From Octopus bimaculoides (Eukaryota), in assembly GCF_001194135.2 (NCBI RefSeq), contig NC_068984.1:54195543-54259542 (forward strand): a stretch of 64,000 nt of DNA, given 5' to 3'. The notes under the pieces were generated by a model, which was given only the letters and a program-made list of their open reading frames with translations, was not told where the DNA came from and did no database searches. The position numbers and the translations under genes were made by a program. Positions within the stretch are counted from its first letter, which is position 1, and every line of letters starts with the position of its first letter. Below, piece after piece: positions 1-14,504 of this stretch.

Positions 1-105
1 CAAGGATATAAAATCATGAATGCTTTTGGGACCCCCTAACTTTCAGAACTTTAACCATTTCTTAGCCTTATATCCGTGATTATAAAACGATGCTTCATTT
101 TATTT

Positions 106-218
106 TCTCTCTCTCTTTCTCTCTCTCCCTCTCTCTTTCTCTCTCTCCCTCTCTCTTTCTCTCTCTTTCTCTCTCTCCCTCTCTCCTTCTCTCTTTTCCA
201 TTGTCGTGTGTGTATGCG

Positions 219-250
<32 letters not shown>
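106..250. repeat. Compound (CT)n/(GT)n microsatellite
   Basis: Direct reading. Confidence 0.95.
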
Positions 251-252
<2 letters not shown>

Positions 253-658
253 GTCTAGGCATGTTGTTTGACGTGCGTTCTTTTCTCGATTATTCTGCTG
301 TTTGTTTTGCTGGTGAAATTTTAAAATAATATGTTCGTTGTAGTGAAATAAAGCGGTTCCAATTAGTTATATACGTTGTTATTGTCAGATCGCTTGGGCA
401 TTATTGGACGACCATAATTTTTTTTTATCAGCCATCAAAAGTATGTGTATTCTTCTTCCTGCTTTTCAGTTTATGGAATACATACAAACAAATGATGGAG
501 CCTCAATGTAGGTTGTACGACCGGCCAGAAATAATAGCTGAATCTCTTCGAGATCATCCTCTGCTGTCGTAAAAAGTATCAGTAAATATTGGATAATGTA
601 TTTCCGGGCATTCTTTAAACAACTCGAAATACAAGATACTTCGCGGAATGAATCATAG

Positions 659-758
659 ACATACATACATACATGCATGCATGCATGCATACATACATAC
701 ATACATACATACATACATGCATGCATGCATGCATGCATACAGACAGACAGACAGACTG
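659..758. repeat. Compound (CATA)n/(CATG)n/(CAGA)n microsatellite
   Basis: Direct reading. Confidence 0.95.
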
Positions 759-901
759 ACTGAGCCCCACTATCTGATGCAGACTCTCGGAACGTGCATT
801 TTAAAGAATTTTATGCGGAATCAAAGTAACAACTAGGGGTGTATCCGAATCTCCTCCTCATATGTATATAAAAAAAATTAAACTCCTTCTGATATAAGTG
901 T

Positions 902-1293
902 TGTTGTTGTTGTTGGCACTCCGTCGCTTACGACGTCGAGAGTTCCAGTTGATCCGATCAACGGAACAGCCTGCTCGTGAAATTAACGTGCAAGTGGCTG
1001 AGCACTCCACAGACACGTGTACCCTTAACGTAGTTCTCGGGGATATTCAGCGTGACACAGTGTGACAAGGCTGACCCTTTGAATTACGGACACAACAGAA
1101 ACAGGAAGTAAGAATGAGAGAAAGTTGTAGTGGAAGAGTACAGCAGGGTTCACCACCATCCCCTGCCGGAGCCTCGTGGAGCTTTAGGTGTTTTTCGCTC
1201 AATAAACACTCACAACGCCCGGTCTGGGAATCGAAACTGCGATCCTATGACCGCGAGTCCGCTGTCCTAACCACTGAGCCATTGCGCCTCCAC
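902..1293 (-). mobile_element. tRNA-derived SINE family A, full length
   Basis: 5' GTGGAGGCGCAATGG with A/B boxes, (AAC)n tail; TSD tgatataagtgt at 890-901 and 1294-1305. Confidence 0.92.
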
Positions 1294-2054
1294 TGATATA
1301 AGTGTAACCTACACGTAATGTACACCATCTTGCATGTGTCTCTCGAAAACTTAATGAAAATATATTTTATGCAAATTAAAGAATGTTATGGGGAAGCAAA
1401 ATCGGTATGTGGTTCGTGCACTCTTCTGTAGTTATATCTCTTCAAAATGGTCTTTGTTTTCCTGTGAAAAGACGTGTGCTTATGTTCCCTCTGTTCTACT
1501 CAGAAACATCTCAAGACCTTGACGCCTTATACGATGTAATCTCATTAACAATCAATAGCTTAATACTTCAACGTTTCATAATCAAAATTTTTTAATTCCA
1601 CGGAGTATTGTATTTCAAAATATGTTATCGTTATTATTTATACCTCTGAGTCTTATTATGAAAATATAGACAAGGTTATTGCCATGTGATTCATTCTAAG
1701 AAACAGTTCAGACCCGTACTTTTAATGCTTAAAATCATGAAATGTGTACGTTGTACCGCATACGTAATTGAATGGTGAATGGTATATGTTACATGAGCCT
1801 GTAAGTAAACGTGGTAGGTTCTACTTGGTCACTCACTTTGCTAGATATAGCAGCGAAATATCCTACAACTTACATCTTCTATCTTAAAGAAGGCTGCATT
1901 TGGGAATAGATATACACTATGCTAGATATACACTATGCATAACAACAAACGACAAAAGGAATGCATTTGATTATAAGTTAGTTTGATCAGGACTGAACCG
2001 ACGTGGGGCCTGTCTGCATTAGCGTACCGAGGGCATGCAAGAATTATTTGTCAG

Positions 2055-2290
2055 CTGCGTGAAAAAGTGCCACACCCTAACAGTTGAGGGAACCCGTGGA
2101 AGAGGTAGGCCCAGGAAGACCTGGGCTGAGGTGGTGAGGCAAGACCTTCGTACATTGGGCCTCACCGAGGCGATGACTACTGACCGAGACCTTTGGAAAT
2201 GTGCTGTGCGTGAGAAGACCCGGCAAGCCAAGTAAGATCGTTGCCAGTGCCCCTGGACTGGCTCTTGTGCGGGTGGCACATGAGATGCAC
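2055..2290 (+). mobile_element. 3' fragment of RTE-clade LINE
   Basis: VKKCHTLTVEGTRGRGRPRKTWAEVVRQDLRTLGL...DRDLWK stop; the GRGRPRKTW C-terminal motif is typical of RTE; runs into a gap. Confidence 0.8.
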
Positions 2291-2967
2291 NNNNNNNNNN
2301 NNNNNNNNNNNNNNNNNNNNNNNNNNNNNNNNNNNNNNNNNNNNNNNNNNNNNNNNNNNNNNNNNNNNNNNNNNNNNNNNNNNNNNNNNNNNNNNNNNNN
2401 NNNNNNNNNNNNNNNNNNNNNNNNNNNNNNNNNNNNNNNNNNNNNNNNNNNNNNNNNNNNNNNNNNNNNNNNNNNNNNNNNNNNNNNNNNNNNNNNNNNN
2501 NNNNNNNNNNNNNNNNNNNNNNNNNNNNNNNNNNNNNNNNNNNNNNNNNNNNNNNNNNNNNNNNNNNNNNNNNNNNNNNNNNNNNNNNNNNNNNNNNNNN
2601 NNTATATATATATATATGTTAAAGAAAGTTGTTAGATAAGGCCAGAACAATGCGAAATGAGCTATAAAGTAAACTATAATAAGAAAACAGTACAGAGTTG
2701 GGTTTTTACCTTATTTCGATATATCAGAGTTATGAAATATTTCATTCGCTTAACATTCAGAGTTCAAATGCCACGAGGTCTACATTGTCTTTCATCCTTT
2801 CAGGGTCGATAAAATAAGTACCAGTTGAATATTGGAGTTGCTGGAATCGTCTGATTCCCTCCCCAAAAATCCGAGGCCTTGTTCAGATAGTAGAAAGGAT
2901 TATTATTTTGACACATGTTTAACAACACACAGAATAATTTCTCTTTTCCTCCTTGACTGAGTGCTTG

Positions 2968-3675
2968 TGCTTAAAACATCAGCCAGGAAAAGACAAAAGT
3001 GCTGCGTATCAACAACAAGCAGGAAGAGCCAATCACAATCGAGGGAGCACCTGTAGAGGATGTTAGTGAGTTTGCCTAGCTTGGCAGCAAGATCAGCAAA
3101 TCAGGTGGATCAGACGAGGACATCACTGCAAGAAGCAAGAAGGCTTGGTAAGACTTCGCTATTCTTTGGCCGGTATGGAAGTCCATTGCCACCTCAACTC
3201 GAACTAAACTCCACTTATTTAGTTCAAACGTAAAATCTGTGCTTTTGTATGGCTCTGAAACATGGAGAGCCACCTGCAGCAACTACAAGAAGATCCAGAC
3301 CTTCATCAACAAATGTCTCCGGCAGATCCTCTATCTGAAGTGGTTCGACAGAGTGCCAAACACCGACCTGTGGGAAAGGGCCAACCAGGAGCCCATACAT
3401 GTTCAGATTAGACGAAGGAAATGGAGATGGATCGGACACACACTGCGGAAAGAACCCTCAAATGTGACACGTCAAGCACTTGACTGGAACCCGCAGGGGG
3501 AAAGGAAGAGAGGACACCCGAAGCAGACATGGAAGCGGAGCATTTTGGACGAGCTCAGGACCACCGGCCTGACATGGGAAGCAGTCAAGAAACACGCCAA
3601 TGACCGCGTAAAGTGGCAAATAACTGTTGAGGCCCTATACTCCACAAGGGGCAAAAAGGATTAAGAAGAAGAAGA
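2968..3675 (+). mobile_element. 5'-truncated RTE-clade LINE (RT C-terminus), pseudogenised
   Basis: KTKVLRIN...EF.*LGS...DEDITAR...TKLHLFSSNVKSVLLYGSETW...RKWRWIGHTLRK...WNPQGERKRGHPKQTW; two in-frame stops; (AAG)n tail. Confidence 0.92.
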
Positions 3676-4871
3676 GACTTGTTACCGGTGCAATTCCACA
3701 CCGGATTTTTCCAATTCTGGATATTACCTTACGAGAGAGATGGTGTGTGTGTTTTAGAGTATGGAATTATTTGAATATATCAAGGACAATTAATTCTATG
3801 TAAGAGAATGTAGTCAATAACCTCACTGGCGTGGACAGCCAATTACACCGACCTAACTGCATACAATTATTGCCAATTCATCAAGTATCACAAAATTCAC
3901 TGAGTGCGGTTGGCTGTTTTCATTGATATTATGTTCTAGATAACACACATACATAGAAAACTATAAATAGTAATCTATCATTTATATAGAATAGTGGGTT
4001 CTGCAAATCAGCATGTTTTTTAAACAGTAAATATCATGGCGGATATCCTCTGTAACTATTACTAAATTACCTGCAATTTAAATAATGTTCTTTTCATAAA
4101 CAGCCGGCTATCTTGCTTGAACATATTCATATCTTTTATTCATTGAAGAGCAAAAAATTGCTTTATATCATCTCATTTAAGTTTTTGGAAATACCTGAGG
4201 TTTCTTAAATCATAATTATATATGCCTGCTATTGTCATACTGAAGCTATAACTCACTTCGTTAACAACTCTAAAGAGGTCAAGAGGATATTATCCTTAAA
4301 GTAATCATAGCAACACTTTTAAAACTTAGAGTCGACGTAAGCGCTATCTTTGCGGTTGCTTTACTTGCTAGATATAACGGCCAAATATCCATCCTATCAC
4401 ACCTACAACTTTCCCTTTTAGCGCTATCATGTCAATGACTAAATACTGGTAACTTTCATGACAACCATTCACTACTGGGGTCGCAGTTGGGCAGTTCTTA
4501 GCAGATGATGTATAGGTTGGTTGACAATTCACTGTTCTCTGTCAACAGCCCACGCTGATCCCTGCCCAAGAATGAATCAGACATGATGGTTTACTCGAGA
4601 TTGTTAAGACTTGTATTGTTTATAGGTATAGTGTATCTACGTCTACATTAAACAATTTCTTTCCTTCTTAAGACGGTAAAACGAACAATTGAGGAAGATT
4701 TTACTGCTGTTTCTAGTGAGACCTACAAGCATAAAAGTTTTCATATAAGTTGTGAGTGTTTCTTTTATTTAGTACCAGGCCCACCTTGAAGGAGCAGACC
4801 CCTGATTAAAGATATTTCATATGACATCATACATTTCGTTTTGAAACATAATGTATAATAATGATTTAAAA

Positions 4872-5050
4872 TTTTGGCACAAGGCCTGTAATTTCGGGGG
4901 AAGGGTAAGTCGATTACATCGACCTCAGTACTCAACTAGTACTTTTTATATCGACCCCAAAAGGATGAGTGGTTAAGTGGACCTCAGTGGAATTTGAACT
5001 CAGAACATGAGGACGGACGAAATGCCTCTAACGATTCAGCCAGCTCGTCC
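4872..5050 (-). mobile_element. SINE family C, degenerate
   Basis: Reverse complement of gagttcaaattcc..gaggtcgac..catcctttcggggtcgata..agtac module seen at 16470-16650. Confidence 0.7.
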
Positions 5051-6611
5051 CCTTACCACAATGTATAATAATGACTGCATTATCCGCTTATACCATTTTT
5101 TAAATGGCGGTTAGGTAGACTTCAGTGAGATTCGGTTGTTATTTCCAGCAGTCTTTCGTTAGCTCAAATGTTAAATGTTAGTGCACATGGTTACGTTACG
5201 AAAACAAATCAAGTGAAAATTAGAGAAAAATTTATGAAGAGAATAGATAAATGTTCTCAAATTCAAAACATGCAAAGCATTAAGAAATTAGTGCCGAGAA
5301 AACTACTTTCTTTCCAAATTGCCAAAAGGTAAATTTTCAGCCCACTTTACATTATCTACATACGAACATTCAAGTTGGTTACATGCACATACACACACAC
5401 GTACACATACACACATACGTATATGTGCTTGCACACTTGTATGTATGTATTATTTCTAGCTGACTTACGATACCGCTCCAGCCATAACCATTTTGTTATC
5501 TGATATATCAAAGAGATCATTGTTCAATGAATCCGTTCTCAATTATGGAATGAGAGTGTGATTTGTAGGAAACGTTGCTGCTACTTTAGCTGGTCGAGAG
5601 ACCATATAGGTCTCTCCGATTTATTTTTATATCGTTAGAAGAGATAATGGGAGATTACAGTGTCTTAGTGGCAGTTTGAAAGCTTGCAAAACGCACAAAT
5701 GGCCTTATCTTTCTGGACGCCATCGGAAATGTTTGCCTCTGTAAACAACGGCAGAGACCCAGGATCAACAGGTGTTTAGAGCTGAAATATTGTCTTGCCA
5801 CAATAAAACAATAATCAGTGAAGTATACTAATCACAATTCTAACTACGTTCAGAGAGAGGAGGGAGAGGGAGATAAAGAAGGGAGAGAGAGAGAAAGAGA
5901 GATAGTGGGTTAATGAGTAAATCTGTGCAAGTCAGACAAGGTTGACAACTTTAAAGCTTGAAAAATTCTAATGGATCCACTAAGCAGCTTAAGTGATATT
6001 ATAGATGCGGTCGCCATGAATGATTTATCAGAGACAGCAGACGTTCATCAAAAGCTTTTGAATGTAAATTATTAACAGGAGCAAAAGTCTTATTCTTGCG
6101 TGCCTTAACGACATTCACCAATTCGTTCGAAAAGATGTAGCAGGTGATGTATGTATGTATGTATGTATGTATGCATATGTATACACATACATACACATAC
6201 ATACAGATATATATATAATACCCATACACACACACAAACACACACTCACATNNNNNNNNNNNNNNNNNNNNNNNNNNNNNNNNNNNNNNNNNNNNNNNNN
6301 NNNNNNNNNNNNNNNNNNNNNNNNNNNNNNNNNNNNNNNNNNNNNNNNNNNNNNNNNNNNNNNNNNNNNNNNNNNNNNNNNNNNNNNNNNNNNNNNNNNN
6401 NNNNNNNNNNNNNNNNNNNNNNNNNNNNNNNNNNNNNNNNNNNNNNNNNNNNNNNNNNNNNNNNNNNNNNNNNNNNNNNNNNNNNNNNNNNNNNNNNNNN
6501 NNNNNNNNNNNNNNNNNNNNNNNNNNNNNNNNNNNNNNNNNNNNNNNNNNNNNNNNNNNNNNNNNNNNNNNNNNNNNGGAAGAAAAAAATCGCCCCCCCC
6601 CCACACACATA

Positions 6612-7245
6612 TGCGTTTTTGTGTAAGACCAACACTCATTTACGATTGGCTAGTGATGGGTGCTTTTTCTGCAGTTTTGTGCAAAGCAGTTTGACGACAA
6701 TACTTCTCCACGTTAACTGTTTCGTTTTGGTTTAAATTTTAACCCCCATGATAGACGAAACTCTTTATATCGCACCAAAACACACAGCATTATTCTTTTT
6801 TTTCGGATGCAGTCCTGGTTTGGGGATGGATTTTCGTTTTTTCATTGAGTGCTTACCATTGTTGCTTTCGTTAGATATAATTACTGAGAACCTTCTTTTC
6901 ATCACTTACGATGATTCTACCCAGGAAATATTCGAAAGGACGAGCAGAGTGCAAGTCTTTGATTATGCAGAAAAGCGGTCAGATGATGGGGGAACCCACT
7001 GACCAAGCTTAGATACTTTTCCTAATTCATGAAAATGTTTTATCATCGAAGTATGACTTTAATTGAAGTATGTCGCTAATTCTCGTGCCATTTGATTTGA
7101 ACCTTTCTCAAGTTTCTGTTTTCAGAAGCTCAATATTGAAAGAACTTGGTAGTCTAGATCAAGGCGAATAAACGAGACAAAAATTTCCCGAGCGTAACAG
7201 ACCAAATCATCTTTAACGTGTTCGAATAACGACTACAAAGAGGTT
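6612..7245 (-). pseudogene. Degraded mariner transposase
   Basis: With stops and frameshifts: HELGKVSKLGQWVP, FLGRIIVSDEK, KKHPSLANRK*VLVLHKNA; matches mariner WVP, first-D and second-D regions. Confidence 0.8.
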
Positions 7246-8495
7246 TCTTTGTTGGTCTGTACTCTGTTTTTAGGGCATAATCCGAATGCAACTATTTTTA
7301 CGCTAAAATTCATATTTGCTAATGTTATTTGTACAGACGTGAGTGGGTGCTTGAGAAGTTTCCTTCCCAACTACATGTTTCTGGGTTCGGTGCTATTGCA
7401 TCTTGAGCAAGTACCCTCTGCTATATACCCAGACCGACCAAATACTTGTGAGTGGATTTGGTAGAGGCGAAACTGAAAGAGCTTGTCGTATACACACACA
7501 CACAAGGAAGTTGAAACTGATGGCCGGTCCTAGAGTGACCATTGGTGTCACACCTATATAACGCTTAGCAGTGTAGGCATACATACGTATGTATGTATGT
7601 ATGTATGTATGTATGCATGCATGTATGTATGCATGTATGTATGTATGCATACATGTATGTATACAGGTTATATCTGTACATTTATGTGAGTGCGTGTATG
7701 TTTGTGTCTGCTTATCCTGACACCGTGTGATAGTTGTAAATGAATGCCATTCATTTCCACTATTCTACGAAAACATATCTGGCCATGGCGAAATATTATC
7801 TTGCTTAGAAACAAGTAGGGGTTGGGGGCTGGTGACCGCTGAAAATCTGCCTGAATAAATTCTGGTCAGATCCTTAAAATCATGGAAAAGTGAACGATGG
7901 TGAATGATGCTGTATACTCTGTGTCAATGCATTGTATGTACACGACTGTATTCAATAAAGATGTTGACAAGGGAAAAAGTTACTTAGGTTAAAACTGAAT
8001 ATTCAATAAATACTAAATGTTGTTTCTCACCAAGAAAATAATTTAAAAAACCTTTTTGCTTTTTCTTTGAAATGAAACATAATTCACATATGAATGAGAA
8101 GGTCACGTATATCTATAATATATCTAGATTTTTCCGAAAAGTTTTTTTTTTTTTTTGGTTTCTTTAGCAACAACATATTGCATGTGTAGTCGGAATGATA
8201 TTGCAGTTTTCGTAATTTCAAAACTGTTATTGATTTCCTTTTATTTTATTTCAAAACTGAACTTTGACGGACAGGAATGGATTTGATTGCACCAATCATA
8301 GTAAACATCCAATCCGGCATAACTGGGCCCGGTGGCTTGCAGGATAACTGAATTTTGGCTGCTTGTATTTATGATTGCACTCTCGATCATTTTTAACATT
8401 CATTGCCACAGATGGTGATAGATACTTTTTAAAATATCTTAGCAGCCGGCCGCCCACACTTTTTTCTGCAAAATAGGGGTAGTTTATCCTGTTCA

Positions 8496-8530
<35 letters not shown>

Positions 8531-8533
<3 letters not shown>

Positions 8534-8654
8534 GCGCTACCACATGGTGTCGGCTTCGGTCCCACTGCGTGGCACCTTGGNNNNNNNNNNNNNNNNNNNN
8601 NNNNNNNNNNNNNNNNNNNNNNNNNNNNNNNNNNNNNNNNNNNNNNNNNNNNNN

Positions 8655-8694
<40 letters not shown>

Positions 8695-8931
8695 CACACA
8701 CACACTCACACACACACATATATTTGTGTGTCTGTTTGTGTCCCCACCATCACTTGACAACCAATGTTGGCGTGTTTACGCCCCCGTAACTTAGCGGTTC
8801 GGCAAATGATACCGATAGAATAAGTACTAGGTTTACAAACAATAAGTCCTGGGATGGATCTGCTCGACTAAAGGCGGCGGTCCAGTATGGCCGCAGTCAA
8901 ATGACTGAAACAAGTAAAAGAATAAAAGAAT
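8531..8931 (+). mobile_element. SINE family B with internal microsatellite, spans a gap
   Basis: cccactgcgtggcaccttgg...cccgtaacttagcggttcg...gactgaaacaagtaaaag, same modules as 21794-22210. Confidence 0.8.
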
Positions 8932-10628
8932 ATATAATCGACTGTGGAATGATGAAAACTTATCTTCACGTTACTAATATTTGAACTTCCAAGTACGAAA
9001 CTTCAATTTTAAAAATACCCCAGATATTTATAGTTTAGTGTCTCGCCTTTTCAAATGATGTTGTGTCATCGTTAAAAAAAAATATACAAAGAATATTGGA
9101 TTATACAGTTTTATAAGAGAATTATGGAATGAACATGGCACGAGCGCCTAATTTCATACAGTCTGCTCAAGCAGGGATAACCAAGAGCTAAATTACAGCA
9201 AAGTTAACTATTTCTGTAACCAGCCACCGAAGCAAGTACAACGTAAAGATGTGATCACTGGACCGACGTAAAATACCTACCAAATCTCTGAAACCATATC
9301 ATACCATCTTTTTTATTTTTTAAAGGAAGTACACACGAGACAGTGCGATTCCATGGTGTACGACAAGACCGAATAGTCATGGATGGAATGTTTTTGATAA
9401 GCAGTCTGCTCAGTCAAACAACTATTTCTATAAAATGTTTTAATTTCAGTTCCTTTCATTCATTGTTCTTCAAAGAACTCGTACAACTGTGAAATATATC
9501 CTACATACACGAGCAAACATAGGTGTGGATAAGAAGCTCGCTTCTCAATCATGTAGTTTTGGGTTCAGTCCTGCTGTGCGGCACCTTAAGCAAGTGTCTT
9601 CAACTATAGCCACGAGTCGACCGAAACATAAGTGAATTTAGTAGACGGAAACTGTAAGGAAGCTCGTCGCGTGTTGTTTTCTATATCCTTTGGGATGCTT
9701 TCTCAAGCGTTACCCATCATTGTTGTCTTTTTGGCCCTGAGGCAAAATTTTGTTCGTTTCTGATTTATTTCGTGTTTGTCCATCGTCTTAAGTTACATTT
9801 TGTTATACTTTCCTATGTCTACTTTGTATTGTTTTGTTTCTTCTGGGCCCTATTAAATATATGTATATGTGTGTGTGTATGTGTGTATTCAAATATGAAT
9901 TAGAAGCAGCTCGAGGTATGTAAACACAATCGAACACACATACACAAGGTGTGTGTTGCTAGTTCGTGGGTTGGTTTGTTTATATATCGCCAGCTGCTTC
10001 TGATTTATATTTTAATTTTTTCCGTGCCATGAAACGTTGCGACATGCCAGCAGATGGTTCTTAAACTTTTTAACATATAGTCATAGCTTCCAGCGGGCCT
10101 TGTTCGGTACTCAACATTGATAAGTCACAACAATAACGAAATATCAATGTCTGTCGTTCCGGGAAGGGACCTGTTGTGAGTTGGCTCGCTTGCCTATGGC
10201 TTACTTTTATGTGTTTTTAAGCGCATCGAGGATATGTTCTCTTCTGCCTAAAACGCAGCAGACCCCCGAACTAACAACACACAACTTGTGTGTGTTCGAT
10301 TTTGTTCACACACACACACATTATGTGTGTGTCTTTCTGTATGTCCTCCGTCAGCACTTGGTAGTTTGTGTTCGCCTCTGTAACTTAGCGGTTCAACAAA
10401 AGATCGATAGAGTATTACCAGACGTTAAAACTATATACTAGGGTCGATTTATTTGATTAAACCCTCCAAGGCCGAACCCCAGCATGGCCGCAGTTCAGTG
10501 ACTGAAAACTAGGGAAAAGATTGATATATGTGCTATATAGGGCCTTTGAGAGGAGTTTGCAAAGAGGTGTTCGGGTATTTCTTGGAATCTTAGGAAATCT
10601 TCACATTGATGGAGAACTATTCAAAACT

Positions 10629-11015
10629 GTTGTTGTAGGCACTCAGTCGCTTACGACGTCGAGGGTTCCAGTTGATCCGATCAACGGAACAGCCTGCTCG
10701 TGAAATTAACGTGCAAGTGGCTGAGCACTCCACAGACACGTGTACCCTTAACGTAGTTCTCGGGGATATTCAGCGTGACACAGAGTGACAAGGCTGACCC
10801 TTTGAATTACAGGTACAACAGAAACAGGAAGTAAGAGTGAGAGAAAGTTGTGGTGGAAGAGTACAGCAGGGTTCGCCACCATCCCCTGCCGGAGCCTCGT
10901 GGAGCTTTAGGTGTTTTCGCTCAATAAACACTCACAACGCCCGGTCTGGGAATAGAAACTGCGATCCTATGACCGCGTATCTGCTGCCCTAACCACTGGG
11001 CCATTGCGCCTCCAC
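10629..11015 (-). mobile_element. SINE family A, full length
   Basis: Near-identical to 902-1293; TSD attcaaaact at 10619-10628 and 11016-11025. Confidence 0.92.
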
Positions 11016-11894
11016 ATTCAAAACTACCAAAGAATAAATATATCGTTAACGAAACTATAAAAAAAGAAAATGACAATAAAAATACATCCAGAAAATGTCG
11101 ATCTATTATTGATGTACGTTATTGTTGTAAAGAGTTTATTCATATGAATACAGTTTCATTTCAAAGACAAAGCAAAAAGATTTGTTATATCATTTTTACT
11201 TCTCTCGGAGTAGTTCTTTAGTTTCTTTAGTGATTTAATGAATATTCATTTTAACTACAGTAACGTTTTCTTTCTGCCAGCGTCTTTATTAAATATAGAC
11301 GTATTCATACATTGCTTTAACACAGACAGGAAGAGTGGTCTCAGAGAAACTTTATACCCCACAGATAAAACATTTCTCAGAAGCCCTGATCCTATCAATA
11401 TTCCACATATTTTCATATAGATATCTAGCGATATAATAGAATATATTAAACATTATCACAATCTCTAATTTACAACTGGTTACTTACTTTTAGAGTACAC
11501 TCTGGAGCTTTACTTTTCACGCCCTGTTTCTCAACGAGAACATTTGGATAATTAAACGAACATCTTGAATGATGTGTTGTGTAGTAAGCTAGTGTATTAG
11601 TACTAAGCAATATACATCTCGTGTAAAAGCCCCTAAAACGTTAACATTCTTACAGCGAATGCAGACAGAAGGAAATCACCCTACTTATAGCGTATATGCG
11701 TCTGAAATAAAATAAACACTGACCTAGTTTTACGTAAGGTAATTTGTCTACTAAGTTTTGTTTAGCTGACGTCATTTGAAGATACTTAGAAATGTTTTAA
11801 AACACCAAGAGGGCCCTTGCTAATAAGCGTAATAAACATACAACGAGTAATAACTCATTACGCACAATTTATAATGTAAACACATGCAAAGCTA

Positions 11895-11918
11895 TAGTAG
11901 TAGTAGTAGTAGTAATAA

Positions 11919-11982
<64 letters not shown>

Positions 11983-12030
11983 CTTTCTCTCTCTCTCTCT
12001 CACTCTCTCTCTGTATATATATATATATAA
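11895..12030. repeat. (TAG)n(TAA)n, (CT)n and (TA)n compound microsatellite
   Basis: Direct reading. Confidence 0.95.
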
Positions 12031-12206
12031 AGTGTTTGTGTATAAGTATATATGTGTGAGACGAACAATGCAAGGCACAATAAACGAGCTCTTGAATCAA
12101 ATCCTCAACACAAGAGCCGATTAGTGTTCTACATCTCTGTTACGTCATGCAATTCCATTTCTATCCCACACATATTCGTAGTCTTGTGCTTAAGAATTCT
12201 CTATCC

Positions 12207-12231
12207 AGTAGTAGTGGTGGTGGTGGTGGTG

Positions 12232-12290
<59 letters not shown>

Positions 12291-12306
12291 TGTTGTTGTT
12301 GTTGTT
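12207..12306. repeat. (GTA)(GTG)(GTA)(GTT) compound trinucleotide repeat
   Basis: Direct reading. Confidence 0.95.
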
Positions 12307-13013
12307 TCAATTCCTCGACTGGCTGGCGTTGTATTTTTTTTTTTGTTTTTTTTGAGCAAAATACTTCGTCTCACTTTGCTCTGTGATCGCTTCGACACCT
12401 GACGTGTGGTACACTCTGCACCTGTTCAAGCAACGTCGATTTGATGGAAAGACTGGACTAATGTACAGCACATGAGTTTGATCACTATAAATAAATCATT
12501 TATGTTGGTTGTTCAGCAAGAAATTGCAGGACCGTCTTCCTCAGACTACTAGAGACGGCCATCATGATGTTTATATCACGGTTGTTGTTAAGCCGTAAGT
12601 CTGTCTTGAGTTGACAGAACTGTGATCAAAGGCATTCCATCCATGCACATCTCGTCCTTTATATTGTATGTGCGCACACACATACAAGGGGATTCTTTCG
12701 GTTTCCATCCATCAAATCTTCTCATAAGGCTTTGGGCGGCCCAATGCTATAGTAGAAGACACTTTCCCAAGGTGCCACGTGAAACTATGTGGTTGAAACC
12801 ATTTGGTTGGGAAGCCAACTTCTCGCCGCACAGCTTCGTCTGTGCCCACTTTACATTTTCAGTTCCATTATTCAGTGTGATCCTTTTAGAAGCTGATCGA
12901 TGGCAGACTTACAGAATAGCCAGACAGACAAACGGAATAGATAGACAAGCAGACTGACAGAAAGATAGATAAGACACACATACATACATACATACATACA
13001 TACATACATACAT

Positions 13014-13352
13014 TTTTGTTGTAGGCACTCCGTCGCTTACGACGTCGAGGGTTCCAGTTGATCCGATCAACAGAACAGCCTGCTCGTGAAATTAACGTGC
13101 AAGTGGCTGAGCACTCCACAGACACGTGTACCCTTAACGTAGTTCTCGGGGATATTCAGCGTGACACAGTGTGACAAGGCTGGCCCTTTGAATTACAAGC
13201 ACAACAGAAACAGGAAGTAAGAGTGAGAGAAAGTTGTGGTGGAAGAGTACAGCAGGGTTCGCCACCATCCCCTGCCGGAGCCTCGTTGAGCTTTAGGTGT
13301 TTTCGCTCAATAAACAATCACAAAGCCCGGTCTGGGAATCGAAATCGCGATC
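13014..13352 (-). mobile_element. SINE family A, 5'-truncated, inside a (CATA)n tract
   Basis: Family A body ending within the B-box region; flanked by acatacatac on both sides. Confidence 0.88.
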
Positions 13353-13882
13353 ACATACATACATACATACTGATAGATAGATAGAATAGGACGAGTGACT
13401 TTATAGAAGTTTCATTGTTTCAAGTTAGTTATTTCTGTTGGTTTGTATCAGAGACGTTCAGAACTTTGGGTAGGGGGGAGAAAGAGAAAAGAAAGAAACG
13501 AAAACGGAGCCACGTTTTTCTTTTGCCAAAGACATTAAGAAGACGCTCGGGAAGTGAAATATCTTCGCCCAAGAATCACACCTGATTCGTAACTGAGATT
13601 ATTCACTCACTTGACATTGTTAGTTTGACACTGTCTTATGTATCTATATCGCTTACAAAATAGAATTACTTTTCTCATTCAACATAGTTCGTTTGAACAA
13701 AGAGTTGTATTGCTAATATGTAAGCAATATATTAGATAAGATATTGTCACTCTAATATCTTGTTACTGGCAATTGATTAACCATGGATTGTTTATCTCTT
13801 AACAATATCTTCATTTGTTTATCTCTTCTAAGACAATATCTTATTTTACAATCGCGAACTACTTTCAAATTTTCCCTCTCCC

Positions 13883-13929
<47 letters not shown>

Positions 13930-14504
13930 GTCTGTCTGTCTGTCTGTCTGTCTGTCCCTCCGTCCATCCGTCTGTCTGTATTGCTTCTGTCTATTCTGTT
14001 AGCCGACTAGCTATCTTTCTAATATCTTTTTCACCGAAGACATTACAAAGGCAAGAATGTCCGTGGTTAACGAGATCGTTTTGCCACCACGTAACTCCGA
14101 ATTCGATCTCAGTTCTCGGCACTTTTGCAAGGAGTCTTCTTTCATAGTTTCAGGCTGACCAATAAATAATCAAATGGCGGGAATCCTTGTCGTATATTTA
14201 TATACATGTTATGTCAAGCAAATTGATAACCGGTACATTGCAGCAGAAACAGCCTACCCAAATTATATCCTCTTACGATAACGCTGGTTTTGCATTTCGT
14301 ATTCTACAAGTATGATAAAATATGTACCTGCCAAAGTACATTTATACAAAGAATATTTAAAAAAACAAACAAACATTCCGTTAAGGTGATACCCAAGAAT
14401 GGCCGCAATCTAATGACTGGAAAGAGAACGAAAAAGAACATGGTTTAAGCTCCTATACTTGTTCCTGCTACTAAATTTCCATTAACTTTATTGTATGTGT
14501 CTAC

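Noticed and set aside
470-573. Possible exon after ttcctgcttttcAG
   Set aside because: No recognisable homology, early stops, and it overlaps the ancient repeat.
1114-1296. Recurrent ORF MRESC..RVQQGSPPSPAGASWSFRCF (also 59227-59559)
   Set aside because: Antisense reading of SINE family A; not a protein.
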